From the NCBI GenBank assembly GCA_964252035.1, contig OZ176216.1: DNA of 64,000 nt; one strand, given 5' to 3'. This document shows positions 12,006 through 24,703 of this stretch, one piece after another. The stretch is from Podarcis erhardii (lineage: Eukaryota). Made by a program: the position numbers and the translations under genes. Position 1 is the first letter of the stretch. Every line of letters begins with the position of its first letter. The notes beneath the pieces are model-generated. The model had not been told where the DNA came from. It ran no database searches and saw nothing but the letters and a program-made list of their open reading frames with translations.

Positions 12006-12292
12006 CAAGCCCCAAATGTGCTCATCTTCAGCAGCATGAGTGCATCAGGAGACTGGAGACTGTGCCATGGGGCAAAAGACAAGAAGCAGTTCAGGTCTGG
12101 ACACAAGGACTTGCTTTGCTTAGTAAACAGATGTGTAGGAGGAAGCTTAGAGCCCATGGCAAATGGCAGCAGTTTTCTGAGCTTCCTCCAGGGCTATTTC
12201 CTACCCACAATGTTATCTGTGGAAGGACAATAAGACATTGTTTGGGGTTGGATGCTCAGTTTACTGCTTCCCACCCAACAATGCCCCTAGAA

Positions 12293-12430
12293 CAGGGGTG
12301 GGAAACTTGTGGCCCTTTGAATGTTGCTGGACTGCAACTCCCATCATTCCTGGCCATTGGCCATGTTGGCTGGTACTGATGGAAGCTGGAGGCCAGCAAC
12401 ATGTGGAACGCCATATGTTCCCCATTCCTG
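12293..12430. mobile_element. Palindromic hAT-type MITE (old copy)
   Basis: caggggtgggaaacttgtggccc...atatgttccccattcctg imperfect TIRs. Degraded relatives near 3980, 31400-31600, 44107-44236 and 53510-53640. Confidence 0.65.
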
Positions 12431-13329
12431 GTCCAGTGTTATTTCTGAATTTGGCCACCAAATCCAATAAGTGTTCTTTAATAATTACATTTCCTCTCAA
12501 CTAAACCCCTGCTTGCCATCTTCCGTTCATTTCTTCATTGTTTATATTCCTGCATATCTTGACATTATTCTTCCTCCTCCTCCAAAAACCCACTTCACTG
12601 TTTCTGCAGGTTTTGCTAGCAACAACCCCCTGCTCTGCTGAAACCACTACAAAAACCCACAACCAACTCGCCCGTTTCCTGGCCCTTCCTTCCGAGATGC
12701 CGCCCTCCGAAAAGGAATATACCATGGAATATACAAGTTAGCACTTCAAAGCAAATGTTGGGGTCATGATCCAGCCAACTCCACATCAGAGGAAATTAGG
12801 TTGCTAGGATCCCAGGATTGTTTATTACGCTCTCAGCTTTAATTAGCTGTAAGTAACATCACGTCAGAGTTCTGCCACAAACACTCAACCTGTCAGCATG
12901 ATTTTACTGACTCTGACAGTTTAAATCAGAAACAAGAAAGTCAACATATCAATAATGGGACTGGACATGATGGATGTATTAAGGGGAGACCTGAAAAGTT
13001 CTCCATTTCATTATGTCTTATAACTGATGTCAGAAAACAGTGTGCCTCGATGAAAAGGTGGGGGGTGGGAAGAGGGTGAAAAGCTTGGAGAGATTACCCT
13101 GCTTGTTTCTCCATTACTTCACATCTAAGTTTGTGCCTCCCATACAGGATCCATTTGAAACAGATGAATGCAAAAGCTGAAGGTGGTTTCTGACCTGTTT
13201 GGGGCTTGATTTCTCTCTGCCACTATGTGAAAAGAGAATACCAAGAGGTTGCTCATGTCTTGCATTGAAGACAGGTACAAGTTGTCTCCATGTACAAGTG
13301 CTTGTTCACATTCTACACTGAACTGGAAA

Positions 13330-13745
13330 TTGAGGGGATTTGATGCAGTTTGGTTCTTCATGCAAATTTACCTGATTTGAATTTTGCAAAACAAAACAAC
13401 AACAACCCCCCCAAAAAACTGAAAAATATATTTCCTTCAAACTTTGCCACTTCTCTGAAAATTGTGATGCAGTTTTCCAGCCAAATAATGCATACAGAAA
13501 TGAACACCAGAGGGAATGCGTGCATGAAAATGAACATATCCGTGAAAATAGTATATAAAACACATTATATCAGGAAAATTGTTTGCAGAGGCACATCGTG
13601 CAAAATTTCACACATAAATTTGGTGAAATTTTCACTAAAATGTTCGTTTTGACTTTAAAAATAAAGAAACTGAGGCAGTGATGAGCTGAACTTAAGACTA
13701 GAAAAAATGAGAAATGGAGAAAAACCAAAACTGAGATATTTGACC
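13330..13745. repeat. Unclassified AT-rich interspersed repeat (relatives near 43090-43460, 50030-50355, 56620-56905, 61830-62150)
   Basis: Recurrent aaaatgcatat/aatgtgca, tttt(c/g)tgaggac and aactgaa(c/t)ttaaga...aaatgagaaa motifs in the same order. Confidence 0.5.
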
Positions 13746-14841
13746 ATTCATACTCTGAACACAGACGCTCTACACATGCATGAGTGTTTGAGTGGAAGTG
13801 GGTTTGTACAGCTAAACAATTGTATACATAGGTCCTACAGACTGTTACACTTACTGCATGTTACATGTGGATAACTGTGCATGTGTACAACACAACTGCT
13901 CTCACACATTTTATGCTCATTGATTGTAACGTGTGCACAGGTTCATCTGTGATGTTCATAGGTAAGCAGGCTGTGCACTTGTTTAATGTACCCTGTGAAC
14001 ACTACACACGTATGTTTTAAGAAACATGCCACACATATTATGGATGGGTGGCATCCCAGTTTTGGGGGGTCACATTTTAGTGTGAATCTACCCACATCTG
14101 CAATGCGTGTACCAACCATTACTTCAAAACGTTCATTTCTCCACATTTTGCAATGCAGTCCTCCTTTTTAAAAATGCATTTAAAAAGCATATATTTGGGG
14201 AAAGTGCACAGAAAGATTTGTGTGCTAATTAAAATCTACCCTCAAAAAAGAGGGGGGATTTGCTTGTGAAAATGCTTGTTAAACAACTTAGTGTGAAAAA
14301 TTGAATATGTTTGAATATCCACAAAGGTGAATAGAAATTTTTGGGTGGATTGAAAATAAAAGAGCCAAGTGATGTGGAAACAGGGTGAACTAAACCTAAG
14401 TTTCACCCATGCCTTTTACATATCCTGCTTGCAAATAAGTAACCCTTCTATAAATGGAGGCCATTTACTGAACACTGGAGTGTTATTATTTATCCGTTTA
14501 TTTACATACTGTCTCTCTTGGCCTCTGTGTGGTGGCTCTAGCCCCCGTACTAAGGCTGTCACACAACTGTCCCATTCCCTGTTAAGCGCATAAGAGGGGG
14601 CTCAAAGCACAGAATGTACAATGTTGGAGTTCAAAGCAATATTGGAGTTCAAAGCTTGCCCTTGCTTTGAATTAGCTTCACTTGTCTTCAGTGATACCAT
14701 CACATAACCCAGTCTGAATGGCTATGAGGTGGTATCACTGTTTCCTGGAAGAGATGACCGAGTTGGAGAGATGGAGAAAAATGGTGCCAACGCAGTGGGC
14801 AATTGTTGCAGGTGTGGGCACAAACACCACAAGAGGTAGTA

Positions 14842-15180
14842 AGGTAAAGGTATTAGGTCCAGCCGTGACTGACTCTGGGCTTGCGGCGCTCATCTCACTT
14901 TATTGGCTGAGGGAGCCTGCGTACAGTTTCCGGGTCATGTGGCCAGCAGGACTAAGCCGCTTCTGGTGAACCAGAGCAGCGCACGGAAACATCGTTTACC
15001 TTCCCGCCAGAGTGGTACCTCTTTATCTACTTGCACCTTTGACGTGCTTTCGAACTGCTAGGTTGGCAGGAGCAAGGACTGAGCAACGGGAGCTCACCCC
15101 GTCACGGGGATTCGAACTGCCAACCTTCTGATCGGCAAGTCCTAGGCTCTGTGGTTTAACCCACAGCGCCACCCGCGTCC
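14842..15180 (-). mobile_element. Sauria SINE
   Basis: Full-length copy. 12-bp TSD caagaggtagta at 14830-14841 and 15181-15192. Confidence 0.95.
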
Positions 15181-16282
15181 CAAGAGGTAGTATTCAAGCC
15201 TAAATGATCATTAAAAACATGTGTGAAGATTTTCTCAAAATGCGACACCCGCAATGCAGATTGGCCCAAAGATGGAAGGGGTCCAAGAACTGCACTGAAG
15301 GAAACGAATGCTGCATCTTCCCCTGTTACAGCCCCTGGAAGCATTATGCCATTGAAGCTTTGTGAATGATCCCAGGACTGTTCATGTATGCTCATTAAAT
15401 AGCCAACATCATCTAACCTCCCTGCAAAAAAAATCAGGCTGAATGCTCAACAAACAGGTCACCTGGAGGCTTTATTGTGGTTTCTTTCTTTGTTTAGGAA
15501 CTGATTTGCTAATTTCCATTTCAGAGTGGGAGAAAACACATTTAAGTAAAATACATATAATTATCGCCGAGCGCTTTGAACCATTATGCTAAAGGCAGGT
15601 ATTGTTTCAGTCTTTTTTTAATAGCTGTGTTAAGCACAATATGATGGGGGATGAGGGTATCAGGGCTGGGGTGGAGGGTGGGGTGACCTGGCTCCAAATC
15701 TGCACCCCTGTTGTGAAACTCTCCAGGTGACCTCAGACCAGCTGCTACCTCTCAGCCTAATCTACCTGAATGAGTTCTTGTGCTGATAAAATTGGGGTAA
15801 ATGAAACCATGCATGCTACCCTAAGGTGCTTGAACGAAGAGAGAAAGTTGTTGTTTTTAAATGAGCTCAGAATATTCATTTGCATGTCATTTCCCCTTTT
15901 TTCTTCCAACACTTAGATATATGCAAGAAAATCTCAGGCAATTTAAGCTTTATGGAGGGAAACCCACTTTCCACTGGTTTTCTGGCCAACTTAAAACTAA
16001 CCTATTTAGTGGATTCCTGCCCCCAATCTGAATTTGTCACAGGCCATCTTTAAACACACATACATTTAAATGAATTACAGTATGCAAATAAGCAAAGGCT
16101 AGTGAAATTGTCACTGGGATAATTTTAACAAATCTGTCTGATCATTTGCACTTTGGGGTTTGGCGTGTGTGCTTGCATGCCTGCCTGCCTGCCTGCCTTC
16201 ATGTTTTAATTCAGCTGCAATGCCAAATATATACTGTGCGACGCAGCCTTCAGCAACCTGGAGCCCCTAAGTAGTTTAGTCT

Positions 16283-16936
16283 TGTTGTTGTTGTTTAGTT
16301 GTTTACTCGTGTCTGGCTCTTCGTGACCCCATGGACCAGAGCACGCCAGGCACTCCTGTCTTCCACTGCCTCCCACAGTTTGGTCAAACTCATGCTGGTA
16401 GCTTCGAGAGCACTGTCCAACCATCTCATCCTCTGTCGTCCCCTTCTCCTTGTGCCCTCCATCTTTCCCAACATCAGGGTCTTTTCCAGGGAGTCTTCTC
16501 TTCTCACGAGGTGGCCAAAGTATTGGAGCCTCATCTTCATGATCTGTCCTTCCAGTGAGCACTCAGGGCTGATTTCCTTCAGAATGGATACGTTTGATCT
16601 TCTTGCAGTCCATGGGACTCTCAAGAGTCTCCTCCAGCACCATAATTCAAAAGCATCAATTCTTCGGCGATCAGCCTTCTTTATGGTCCAGCTCTCACTT
16701 GCATACATCACTACTGGGAAAACCATAGCTTAACTATACGGACCTTTGTTGGCAAGGTGATGTCTTTGCTTTTTAAGATGTTGTCTAGGTTTATTATTGC
16801 TTTTCTCCCAAGAAGCAGGCGCCTTTTAATTTCGTGGCTGCTGTCACCATCTGCAGTGATCATGGAGCCCAAGAAAGTAAAATCTCTCACTGCCCAATCT
16901 CTCATTCATGGAGCCCAAGAAAGTAAAATCTCTCAC
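16283..16936 (-). mobile_element. Bov-B LINE, 5'-truncated, one frameshift, inserted in a hAT MITE remnant
   Basis: Minus-strand ORFs 16711-16905 and 16295-16726 give the Bov-B RT C-terminus. (CAA)n tail. 8-bp TSD tttagtct at 16275-16282 and 16937-16944. Confidence 0.95.
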
Positions 16937-17044
16937 TTTAGTCTACAACTCCCATAAACCATGCTGGCTGGGAGGATGATGGAAATAGTGTCCCAAACCA
17001 TTTGGAGGGCACTAGGTTGAAAAGGGTTAGTGTAACATACGTGC

Positions 17045-17325
17045 AGTGCCAGATTAATGTATGAACTCAACAAGCTATAGCTTAGGGCCTCATTCTCTTG
17101 GGGGCCCCAAAAAAATTAAAGGGGGAAAAAACTGGGTGNNNNNNNNNNNNNNNNNNNNNNNNNNNNNNNNNNNNNNNNNNNNNNNNNNNNNNNNNNNNNN
17201 NNNNNNNNNNNNNNNNNNNNNNNNNNNNNNNNNNNNNNNNNNNNNNNNNNNNNNNNNNNNNNNNNNNNNNNNNNNNNNNNNNNNNNNNNNNNNNNNNNNN
17301 NNNNNNNNNNTAAGTAATGGGCCCT
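17045..17325. mobile_element. Probable hAT MITE spanning the assembly gap
   Basis: Starts cagtgccagattaatg and ends taatgggccctg after the gap. The interior is hidden by Ns. Confidence 0.4.
17139..17310. other. Assembly gap (172 N)
   Basis: Run of n. Confidence 1.
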
Positions 17326-17778
17326 GCCTGCTAGCCTGCTCCCTAAAATATAACTGGTTTGCTCATTTCTATATATAGGGTGCCTACATTCTGCATGGAC
17401 TGGTTGTATGGCAACATCTAGCATGCAGACTGCAGTGCAACACAGTTGATTGTAGGTCAAAGCTGTTGTACCTGTTACCTAATATTAAAGAGTGCTTGTA
17501 GACTGATGATCAGGCAGCATAGACTGAGGGTATGAGTATGATTTCATGTAATATATTATTTATTTTGATGCCATTATAAAATTACTTTAGAAAAATATTC
17601 ATCTTTATTATTTAGTAGGCCTATATTATTATTTACTAGTATAGTTCCCACTTGCTGCTATAATACTATATAAATATAGTATTTATATAAATATTATAAA
17701 TATATTAAATATTTTACTTACTTACTTATAAAGTAAGGTTACCAGATTTTTTTCAATGAATCAACTTCCTACTAAATA

Positions 17779-18453
17779 CAGTGGTACCTCGGGTTAAGAA
17801 CTTAATTCGTTCTGGAGGTCTGTTCTTAACCTGAAACTGTTCTTAACCTGAAGCACCACTTTAGCTAATGGGGCCTCCTGCTGCCGCTGTGCCGCCACTG
17901 CACGATTTCTGTTCTCATCCTGAAGCAAAGTTCTTTTTTTTTTAAATAATTTTTTATTAATTTTCCAATTTTTAACACTAAACAACAACAACACACAAAC
18001 ATCAACAAATACGAACACACACAAAAAATATCATTTCTTAACCTCATTTTCATACGCCTCGTTTCTCGGACTTCCCCATACCTCACCCTTTTCACATCCT
18101 TATTTTACAGTTTTTCAACAACCCTTTTTGCCAATTAAATTTAAACTCATTGTCATTCTCAATTTCACCTTAAATCATCAAACAGTTTTAGCTGCAATTC
18201 TGCATCTTCCTTCCCCTTGACATTTTATCACTCCTCTATTTTACAACAGTTCTTAAGATATAGTTTAAACTTTTTCCAATCTTCCTCCACTGTCTCTTTC
18301 TCTTGGTCGCGGATTCTGCCGGTCATTTCTGCCAGTCCCATAAAGTCAATCACTTTCGTCTGCCATTCCTGAAGCAAAGTTCTTAACCCAAGGTACTATT
18401 TCTGGGTTAGCGGAGTCTGTAACCTGAAGTGTATGTAACCCAAGGTACCACTG
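17779..18453 (+). mobile_element. Tc1/mariner-pogo (Tigger-like) MITE split by an L1 insertion
   Basis: TIR cagtggtacctcgggtta / taacccaaggtaccactg with flanking TA on both sides. Confidence 0.9.
17936..18366 (-). mobile_element. L1 3' end (ORF2 C-terminus plus 3'UTR)
   Basis: Minus strand WQTKVIDFMGLAEMTGRIRDQEKETVEEDWKKFKLYLK, with AATAAA and polyA. 18-bp TSD tcctgaagcaaagttctt at 17918-17935 and 18367-18384. Target TTCTT/AA resembles the L1 endonuclease consensus. Confidence 0.9.
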
Positions 18454-18483
18454 TAGATGGATTTTGTCAGGGAACTGATTTGC

Positions 18484-18706
18484 ATCTGGCGAGCCAGCGC
18501 AGCACACGGAAACGGCGTTTACCTTCCCGCCAGTAAGTGGTCCCTATTTATCTACTTGCACCCGGAGGTGCTTTCGAACTGCTAGGTTGGCAAGCGCTGG
18601 GACTGAACAACGGGAGCGCACCCCGCCGCAGGGATTTGAACCGCCAACCTTTCGATCAGCAAGCCCTAGGCGCTGAGGCTTTTACCCACAGCGCCACCCG
18701 CGTCCC
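18484..18706 (-). mobile_element. Sauria SINE, partial (head present, tail missing)
   Basis: Matches the 5' two thirds of the other copies. Confidence 0.9.
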
Positions 18707-18739
18707 TATTTCCATCCTTACCTTTTAAAAAAATTATTC

Positions 18740-19480
18740 CATTTATGTTTCTTCCCTTCTTTTCCCAAGAAAAGCACATGGCCCTTTCTCTCTCTCTCAG
18801 TGCTATTGGTACCAGGCTCAAGGTGTCTCTCCACCTCTCCATCCATGGCTTCATTCCACTCCTCCAGAATCACAACTCCACCATTTGACTGTTTCATTCC
18901 TCCAAACACCTGTGTGAAGGACTGTTTCCATTTCACCCTCTGATCCCTCCAACTCTACCATTTCACCCTCCTCTTCTGCCAGTCCTTTATCCATATTCTT
19001 CTCTGAAGTCTCTGTGTCATCTTTGATTCCGCTTTTCATTTCATTCATCTCTGGTTTACTTTCATTCTGCATTAGATCAAACTTTGATCTAATCAATTTA
19101 TTTGCTCATCAAACATTTGCTGAAGGATGCCAACTGTTGATGGAACATCCAAAGATGTACTTGCCATACTGAATGTTTTTGATCTTATTAGCAGTTCAGT
19201 CTCATTACACCTCCCATCTCTACCTTAAGACTTTCACACCCTTGTCTCTTACTAGAATCAACACATTTCTTTCCCATAGAGGAAGTATCAAGTGGCAGAA
19301 TTACTTTCGATTTCTAAGCAACACTTTCAATGAGGGAAAAAAATAAAGAAAATAAAAATTCTTAGCACACAGAACTCCCTTGCTTGTTTAAAACTTTCTT
19401 GACTCAAACCATTAAAGCAGGCTTTTTCTGCCTTCAACCCTTTAACAGTTGACTTCGCTTCCCTTCTTCTTGAAACCAGG
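18740..19480 (-). mobile_element. Degraded L1 5'UTR/ORF1 coiled-coil remnant
   Basis: Minus ORF 18851-19096 (IRSKFDLMQNESKPEMNEMKSGIKDDTETSEK...) is K/E/M-rich, like a LINE ORF1 coiled coil. Confidence 0.45.
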
Positions 19481-20079
19481 AAGCAGCTCACACATCAAAA
19501 GCAAATTTCTACCTACAGACGGATAAATCTCTCTTGGTTATAAATTTTAACCATCTCAGAAATAATTTTAAAAGTTCACCAGCATTTTAGTGTAAATTTC
19601 TCCTAAGATACAGATGTCTGTGTGCACTTTTGTCTAACATACACAATTTTACAACGCAATTTCTCTCCCAAATAATGCATCTTTGCATGTTACTTTCACT
19701 ATTATATCCTTTAACCCAGTGCATGCATGTTTGTATGTATTACTTGCCTGCAGGGCCGCATTGCAAAATTCAGAATAGTTCAAATTTGAAAGGACAGCTG
19801 TGTTTCAGTTCTCATATTGTTTTGGAAGTGCAGGTTAGGAAAGTTCAACCATAAATGTGAATTGAAATCTGCCCTTATCCCTACCTTTAGGGATCTCTTT
19901 TCCCCTATGGAAAAGGTGAATATTCCACTCCATTCCCAATGCCTGTGGTTTTCAACCGATGCATAACACTGCTGCTCAGGACAACTGAAGCTAGACTGGG
20001 AGAGAGGGCAGATGGTGCACTGCAAAGCCTCACCTTTTTGAGGGGCAGGGAGAACCGGATTATGAGGGGAAGGTGATTG

Positions 20080-20505
20080 TGCAACTAGAGGCTGCTCTGT
20101 GGGGATTTATGGCTACGGAGCTGCTCCCCCTTCTGTTGACTTCCACGCATTCATCAACAGAGGCACTCCCAGGCAAAGCCTAGATGGAGCTGCTTGTCAG
20201 AGGACAATTTTCCATTGCTTCCCCGCAGCCCTTCTCTCACCTCCCCATGATGTTCTTTATAGGGGGAATAAACAAACAGCCATTAACGATCTCTCTTCCT
20301 AGCCTGGGCCATGTGCGGGTTCCCTGATGAGCTGGCTTGTGGCATTTATTAGACCAAGTGGAAAACTGCTTGCTTCATCATGGAGCACAGCTGGGTGCAG
20401 AATGCTTTTCAAAGGCAATGCCACTGACCTCCAGATCAGCTGCTGGATGCCAGGGTATTGCAGATGCAGTAGATTTCACCCTCTTCCCCGTTCCTTTCAC
20501 TCGGT

Positions 20506-20554
<49 letters not shown>

Positions 20555-20900
20555 TGTCTTCCCCCTCTCTCTTTTCTCTCTGCAATGTCCTGACCTTGCA
20601 AGGCCTCGGTCTCCCCTATCCATCTCCCAGCATTCATTCTCTCCGGTGAACTCACGCTGGGAGATTAATTGCCACCATCACCCCTAATCCATCACACTTC
20701 CCCAAGATTGTTTTGACATCTAGTTAATTTTTGGCTGATGATTTATCAAATTCTTATTACCGCGCTCTGAAAGGGGTCATTTATTGTGTTGATTCATGGT
20801 AATGATAAAGGGGAAGCTTTTTGAATTTTAACTACTAGCCTTTTGCCCAGCTCAGTGAAAAAAAAGGGGAGGGGGGAAGAAGAGAAAATATGGTCAGTAA
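20080..20900. promoter_or_regulatory. Candidate conserved non-coding element (enhancer-like)
   Basis: No recognisable TE, retained CpGs, TGATTTAT at 20739-20746, TAATCC and TAATTG motifs. Inference only. Confidence 0.35.
20509..20549. repeat. (CT)n microsatellite
   Basis: About 20 perfect units. Confidence 0.98.
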
Positions 20901-21338
20901 TTCCTAAACTATCTGGTGTGTGAATAGTTTTCTTCTTCTTTAAAACCTTCCCTTATTTGTTTGAGAGCTGAAGTCTGAAAGAGGTTAATATATAGTAAGA
21001 TGTATTTTTGGAATCCTGGTCTGGCCTGTGTTTCAACAGCATCCCCTAAGGCTCTTTAAACCTTTTATTACCCTGTAATGTTACCTAAATGTCTACTACC
21101 ATTTTATTCAAATAGAACTTAATAGGGAGTGATGTCAGTCATGTACCAGTGGAAATATAAAACACGCCTCTTGTCCAAGCCATAGGGCAATTCCAGCATT
21201 TTAAAAAGTACACAGAGGGTTTTTTTGTAGCTCTTTATGTCACTCCCCCATCTCAGTTCCACCTATTTTAATTTGCTGCTCAGGATTTTATTTTTTTTAA
21301 TATAAGCCCAGATGGTGAAAGGGAGTACATCGTGAAAC

Positions 21339-21920
21339 ATGCATTCACTGTTCCAGAAGACTTGGGAAATCCAATATGCTAGGCTGGAAGAAGAGATACT
21401 AATTACATGGAAGGGAGGAGATACCCAAATGGAACCAATAATAAATAAGACAGTGGATACATTTGTATTATACATGATCGGGGGCAGTATGAAGGGGACT
21501 AATGATAAAGGAGGGCTGTTGCTTTCATGCCTTGCTTCCGGATTTCCTACAGACATCCAAATGGCTAGTGGTGATGATGTGAAGGACCGAGGACTAGATA
21601 GACCTCTGTTCCTATTATGAACAAAGCCATTCAAAAGCTGGCCTGTTATGTCTCCTTCTCCAAAATACACTAAAAGTTGCAGTTTTGTAAAGATGCTAAC
21701 AAGTGCTTTGGAACAGTGGTCACCAACTCCTGCACAGACCTTCAGATTCCTGGATTCCTTGTCTCGGTGGGAACCCTCGACCAGTGGTAAATTGCTTTTG
21801 GATATGTCCCAGGCTCTGGAATTCCTTGCCAAGGAAAGCCCATTTGGCCCCTTCTGTGATGACCTTTTGCCAGCAGCCAATGATGTTTTCATTCAGACAG
21901 GTTGTGGCCTCATTAACTGA
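21339..21920 (+). pseudogene. Unidentified coding-like segment with one in-frame stop
   Basis: ORFs 21339-21620 and 21648-21920 are in the same frame, separated by a single TGA. The in-register antisense frame is open for 209 codons. Confidence 0.35.
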
Positions 21921-22208
21921 CTTCTTATAGCAACTGTTAAATGTCATCCAAATATTGTCTGTAAAAGTTTTATTTATTTTCCTAGCTATTTTAGGTGAAC
22001 ACATGTAGAATCCTCATTGTGATTGGGAACTGCCTATTAACATCAGCCAGGCAACCTCTCTATATTGTTTTAAGTGCCACCTGAAAACGTCATCGTTTCA
22101 ACAAAATTACACAGGCATGAAATTCTGCTATATGTACAGTACCTGGCTTTGTTGTTTTTTTAAAGTCTGTTGGTTTGATTTATAAATTTTTATAATCTGG
22201 ATATGTTT

Positions 22209-22565
22209 AAGGGTAAAGGTAAAGGGACCCCTGACCATTAGGTCCAGTCGTGGCCGACTCTGGGGTTGCGGCGCTCATCTCGCTTTACTGGCCGAGGGAG
22301 CTGGCGTACTGCTTCCGAGTCATGTGGCCAGCATGACTAAGCCGCTTCTGGCGAACCAGAGCAGCGCACGGAAATGCCGTTTACCTTCCCGCCAGAGTGG
22401 TACCTATTTATCTTCTTGCACTTTGGCATGCTTTCGAACTGCTAGGTTGGCAGGAGCAGGGACCGAGCAACAGGAGCTCACCCTGTCGCAGGGATTCAAA
22501 CCGCCGACCTTCTGATCAGCAAGTCCTAGGCTCTGTGGTTTAACACACAGCGCCACCCGCATCCC
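22209..22565 (-). mobile_element. Sauria SINE
   Basis: Full-length copy with (GGTAAA)2 tail. Confidence 0.95.
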
Positions 22566-23186
22566 CTGAATATGTACACTTGTTTTAAAATCTTGATGAT
22601 AATATCTGCAATTTTTGATAAACATTTTACACCTTTTTATGTAAACTTATTTATTTATTTATTTATTCATTCATTCATTTATTTGACTAAGGATGCATTC
22701 AGACATGAATTTTCTTTTAATTGCTTTCTGGTGTATTATCTTTATCATTATCATGATTACTGCAATTAATTTATTAATCACTGTCTAAACCACCATCTCA
22801 AGGCAATTTGTTGCTGGCATCCATCTGTCTCAGGAGAAACACATAAGGTAACTAAAAACAGTTTAAAAAACACAAATGCAACAAATACATTTAAAATGAG
22901 ACGAGAACCCTAATAACTTGGTGCTCATAGTAAAACCTAATTATCCAGCTAGGAATGATGGTCAGAACAAAAAAAATGTATTCAACTGTTTCCAGAAAGT
23001 GCTTCTGGTGGGCACCTGTTCCACGGAATATGGGCAACCACACTCAAGGTTACTGCAGAGCGGGTTTCTCCTATCTTTGGACTTGCAGGAGAAACTGCCC
23101 CACAGATGGTAGTGATCTACTCTGTTTATAATGGATAAGACAGCCTCTCATGTAACTTGGTCTTGAGCCGGATGGGAACTTATATG

Positions 23187-23935
23187 TTGCGTGGCAATTT
23201 CCCACTTCCCACCACAAGAAATAAAGACACAAGACACCATAGCTTAAGGTTAGTGGGCGAAAATTGGCCACAACTTTATTGATTGCAGGAAATGAGTGGT
23301 ATTGGCCTAGGCATTGGCCCTATCAAGTATCCGGCTTCAGGCTGTATGCCTGAGAAGCCTGGAAGGGTTAACACCAGCAGGGGGAGCCCTGCTGATGCAC
23401 ATCAACTAGGCACTCCCCTGGGGTCACCGCTCAGGGGCGTGCCTTGGGCCCTGGCCTCCCTAGGCTTCGGACGGGGCCATGCCCCCGTAGTCCTTTACCG
23501 GACTACCCTTTGCAACCGGGGGAAGTGATGGCGTTCCTCCCCCCCATCCATCTACATAACAATACCCCAACCAATGCCTTACCGCCAAACCATGGAAGCT
23601 GTGACGATTAGCTACGAGGTAGGCGAAAAAAACAAATGGCCGGTGCCAATTTGCCAAGTGGAAAAATTCCTACCAGGCCCCTTAACGGTGACCAACCAAA
23701 GTCTATAGCAAGGTCAAAGGGAAACCTTAAAGGAAGGGTGGGTGGGAAATTCCCCAGCTGATTGGCAGCGGCAAAGAGGGAGCTCCTTTGCCACACATGC
23801 CTTAAGAGCGGCAAGCCACACCCCCTGAGCCAGCCGATAGGCTGGCCAGGGCATGATGTGGCAGAGAATTCCCCCCTGTACGCACGGGGCTGAGAGCCAG
23901 CCTCCGCACAGGAGTTGGGGGCGGGAAGCCCGCAA
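23187..23935 (-). mobile_element. No-TSD element with TTGCGGG...CACGCAA termini (candidate Ngaro/DIRS-type solo repeat), copy A
   Basis: GC- and CpG-rich island. Termini and internal motifs are colinear with 42109-42903, including aataaagttgtggcc.aatttt. No TSD and no ORF homology. Confidence 0.6.
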
Positions 23936-24662
23936 CCCCACCTCCTCCCTAGGGTCAGAAATGGCTTTAGTACCAACACCTTGAACTTGGCCCAGTAGCA
24001 AATTGGCAGCTAGTGCAAATCTCACAGGCAAGCTGTTATATGCTGCTGGTAATTTGCCCCCACAAGCTGCCACATTCTGCACCAGTTGTAGGATCTGGAC
24101 CAATCCCAGGGGTAGCTGCATATAGAGCAGATTTCAGTAGTTCAGCCATGGGGTTATCAATGCATGGGCAACTCTGTCTAAATTCTACTGAGCCAGGAAT
24201 GGCCATGGCTATCTTACCAACTGAAGTTGGCAAAAACCACTCCTAGACACTGAGGATACCCATGCCTCAAGTGACAGATACAGACCTGGATCGAGGAGTA
24301 CACCCAAATTATGCTCCAACTGCTTCAGGGAGTGTGTGATCCTATCCAAGGCAGGCAACGTACTGACCTCCCAGAACTAGGAATGACTCATCTGAACTAT
24401 GTACTTTCAAGAATTCAGTCTCAGTTCATTAGCCCCCATCCAGCCCAGAACCCAAGGCCAATGCTGCAATGAGGAAAGGCAATTTGCCACAGGCAGCAGA
24501 TCCATCCCCCTCTCTGCCTCTACCACTGTGTTGCTGCCAACCCCATTGTGGCTTTGCCTCTGCCGCCACCACTGCTGCTACAACACCCTTGCTGATCCTC
24601 ATTTTCTAGAATAATAGCACTGATGAAAAGTGTTGTGGGTGCCAGTGAAAAACTGATGACAT

Positions 24663-24666
<4 letters not shown>

Positions 24667-24696
<30 letters not shown>
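24667..24696. repeat. (AG)n microsatellite
   Basis: About 15 units. Confidence 0.95.

Positions 24697-24703
<7 letters not shown>

Noticed and set aside
17061-17460. ORFs containing X runs
   Set aside because: Artefacts of the N gap.
23151-23960. Classical solo LTR interpretation of element A (and of B at 42073-42902)
   Set aside because: The TG...CA candidates give no convincing TSD. The shared TTGCGGG/CACGCAA ends explain both copies better, and the TG at 42073 directly follows the TSD of the neighbouring retroposon.
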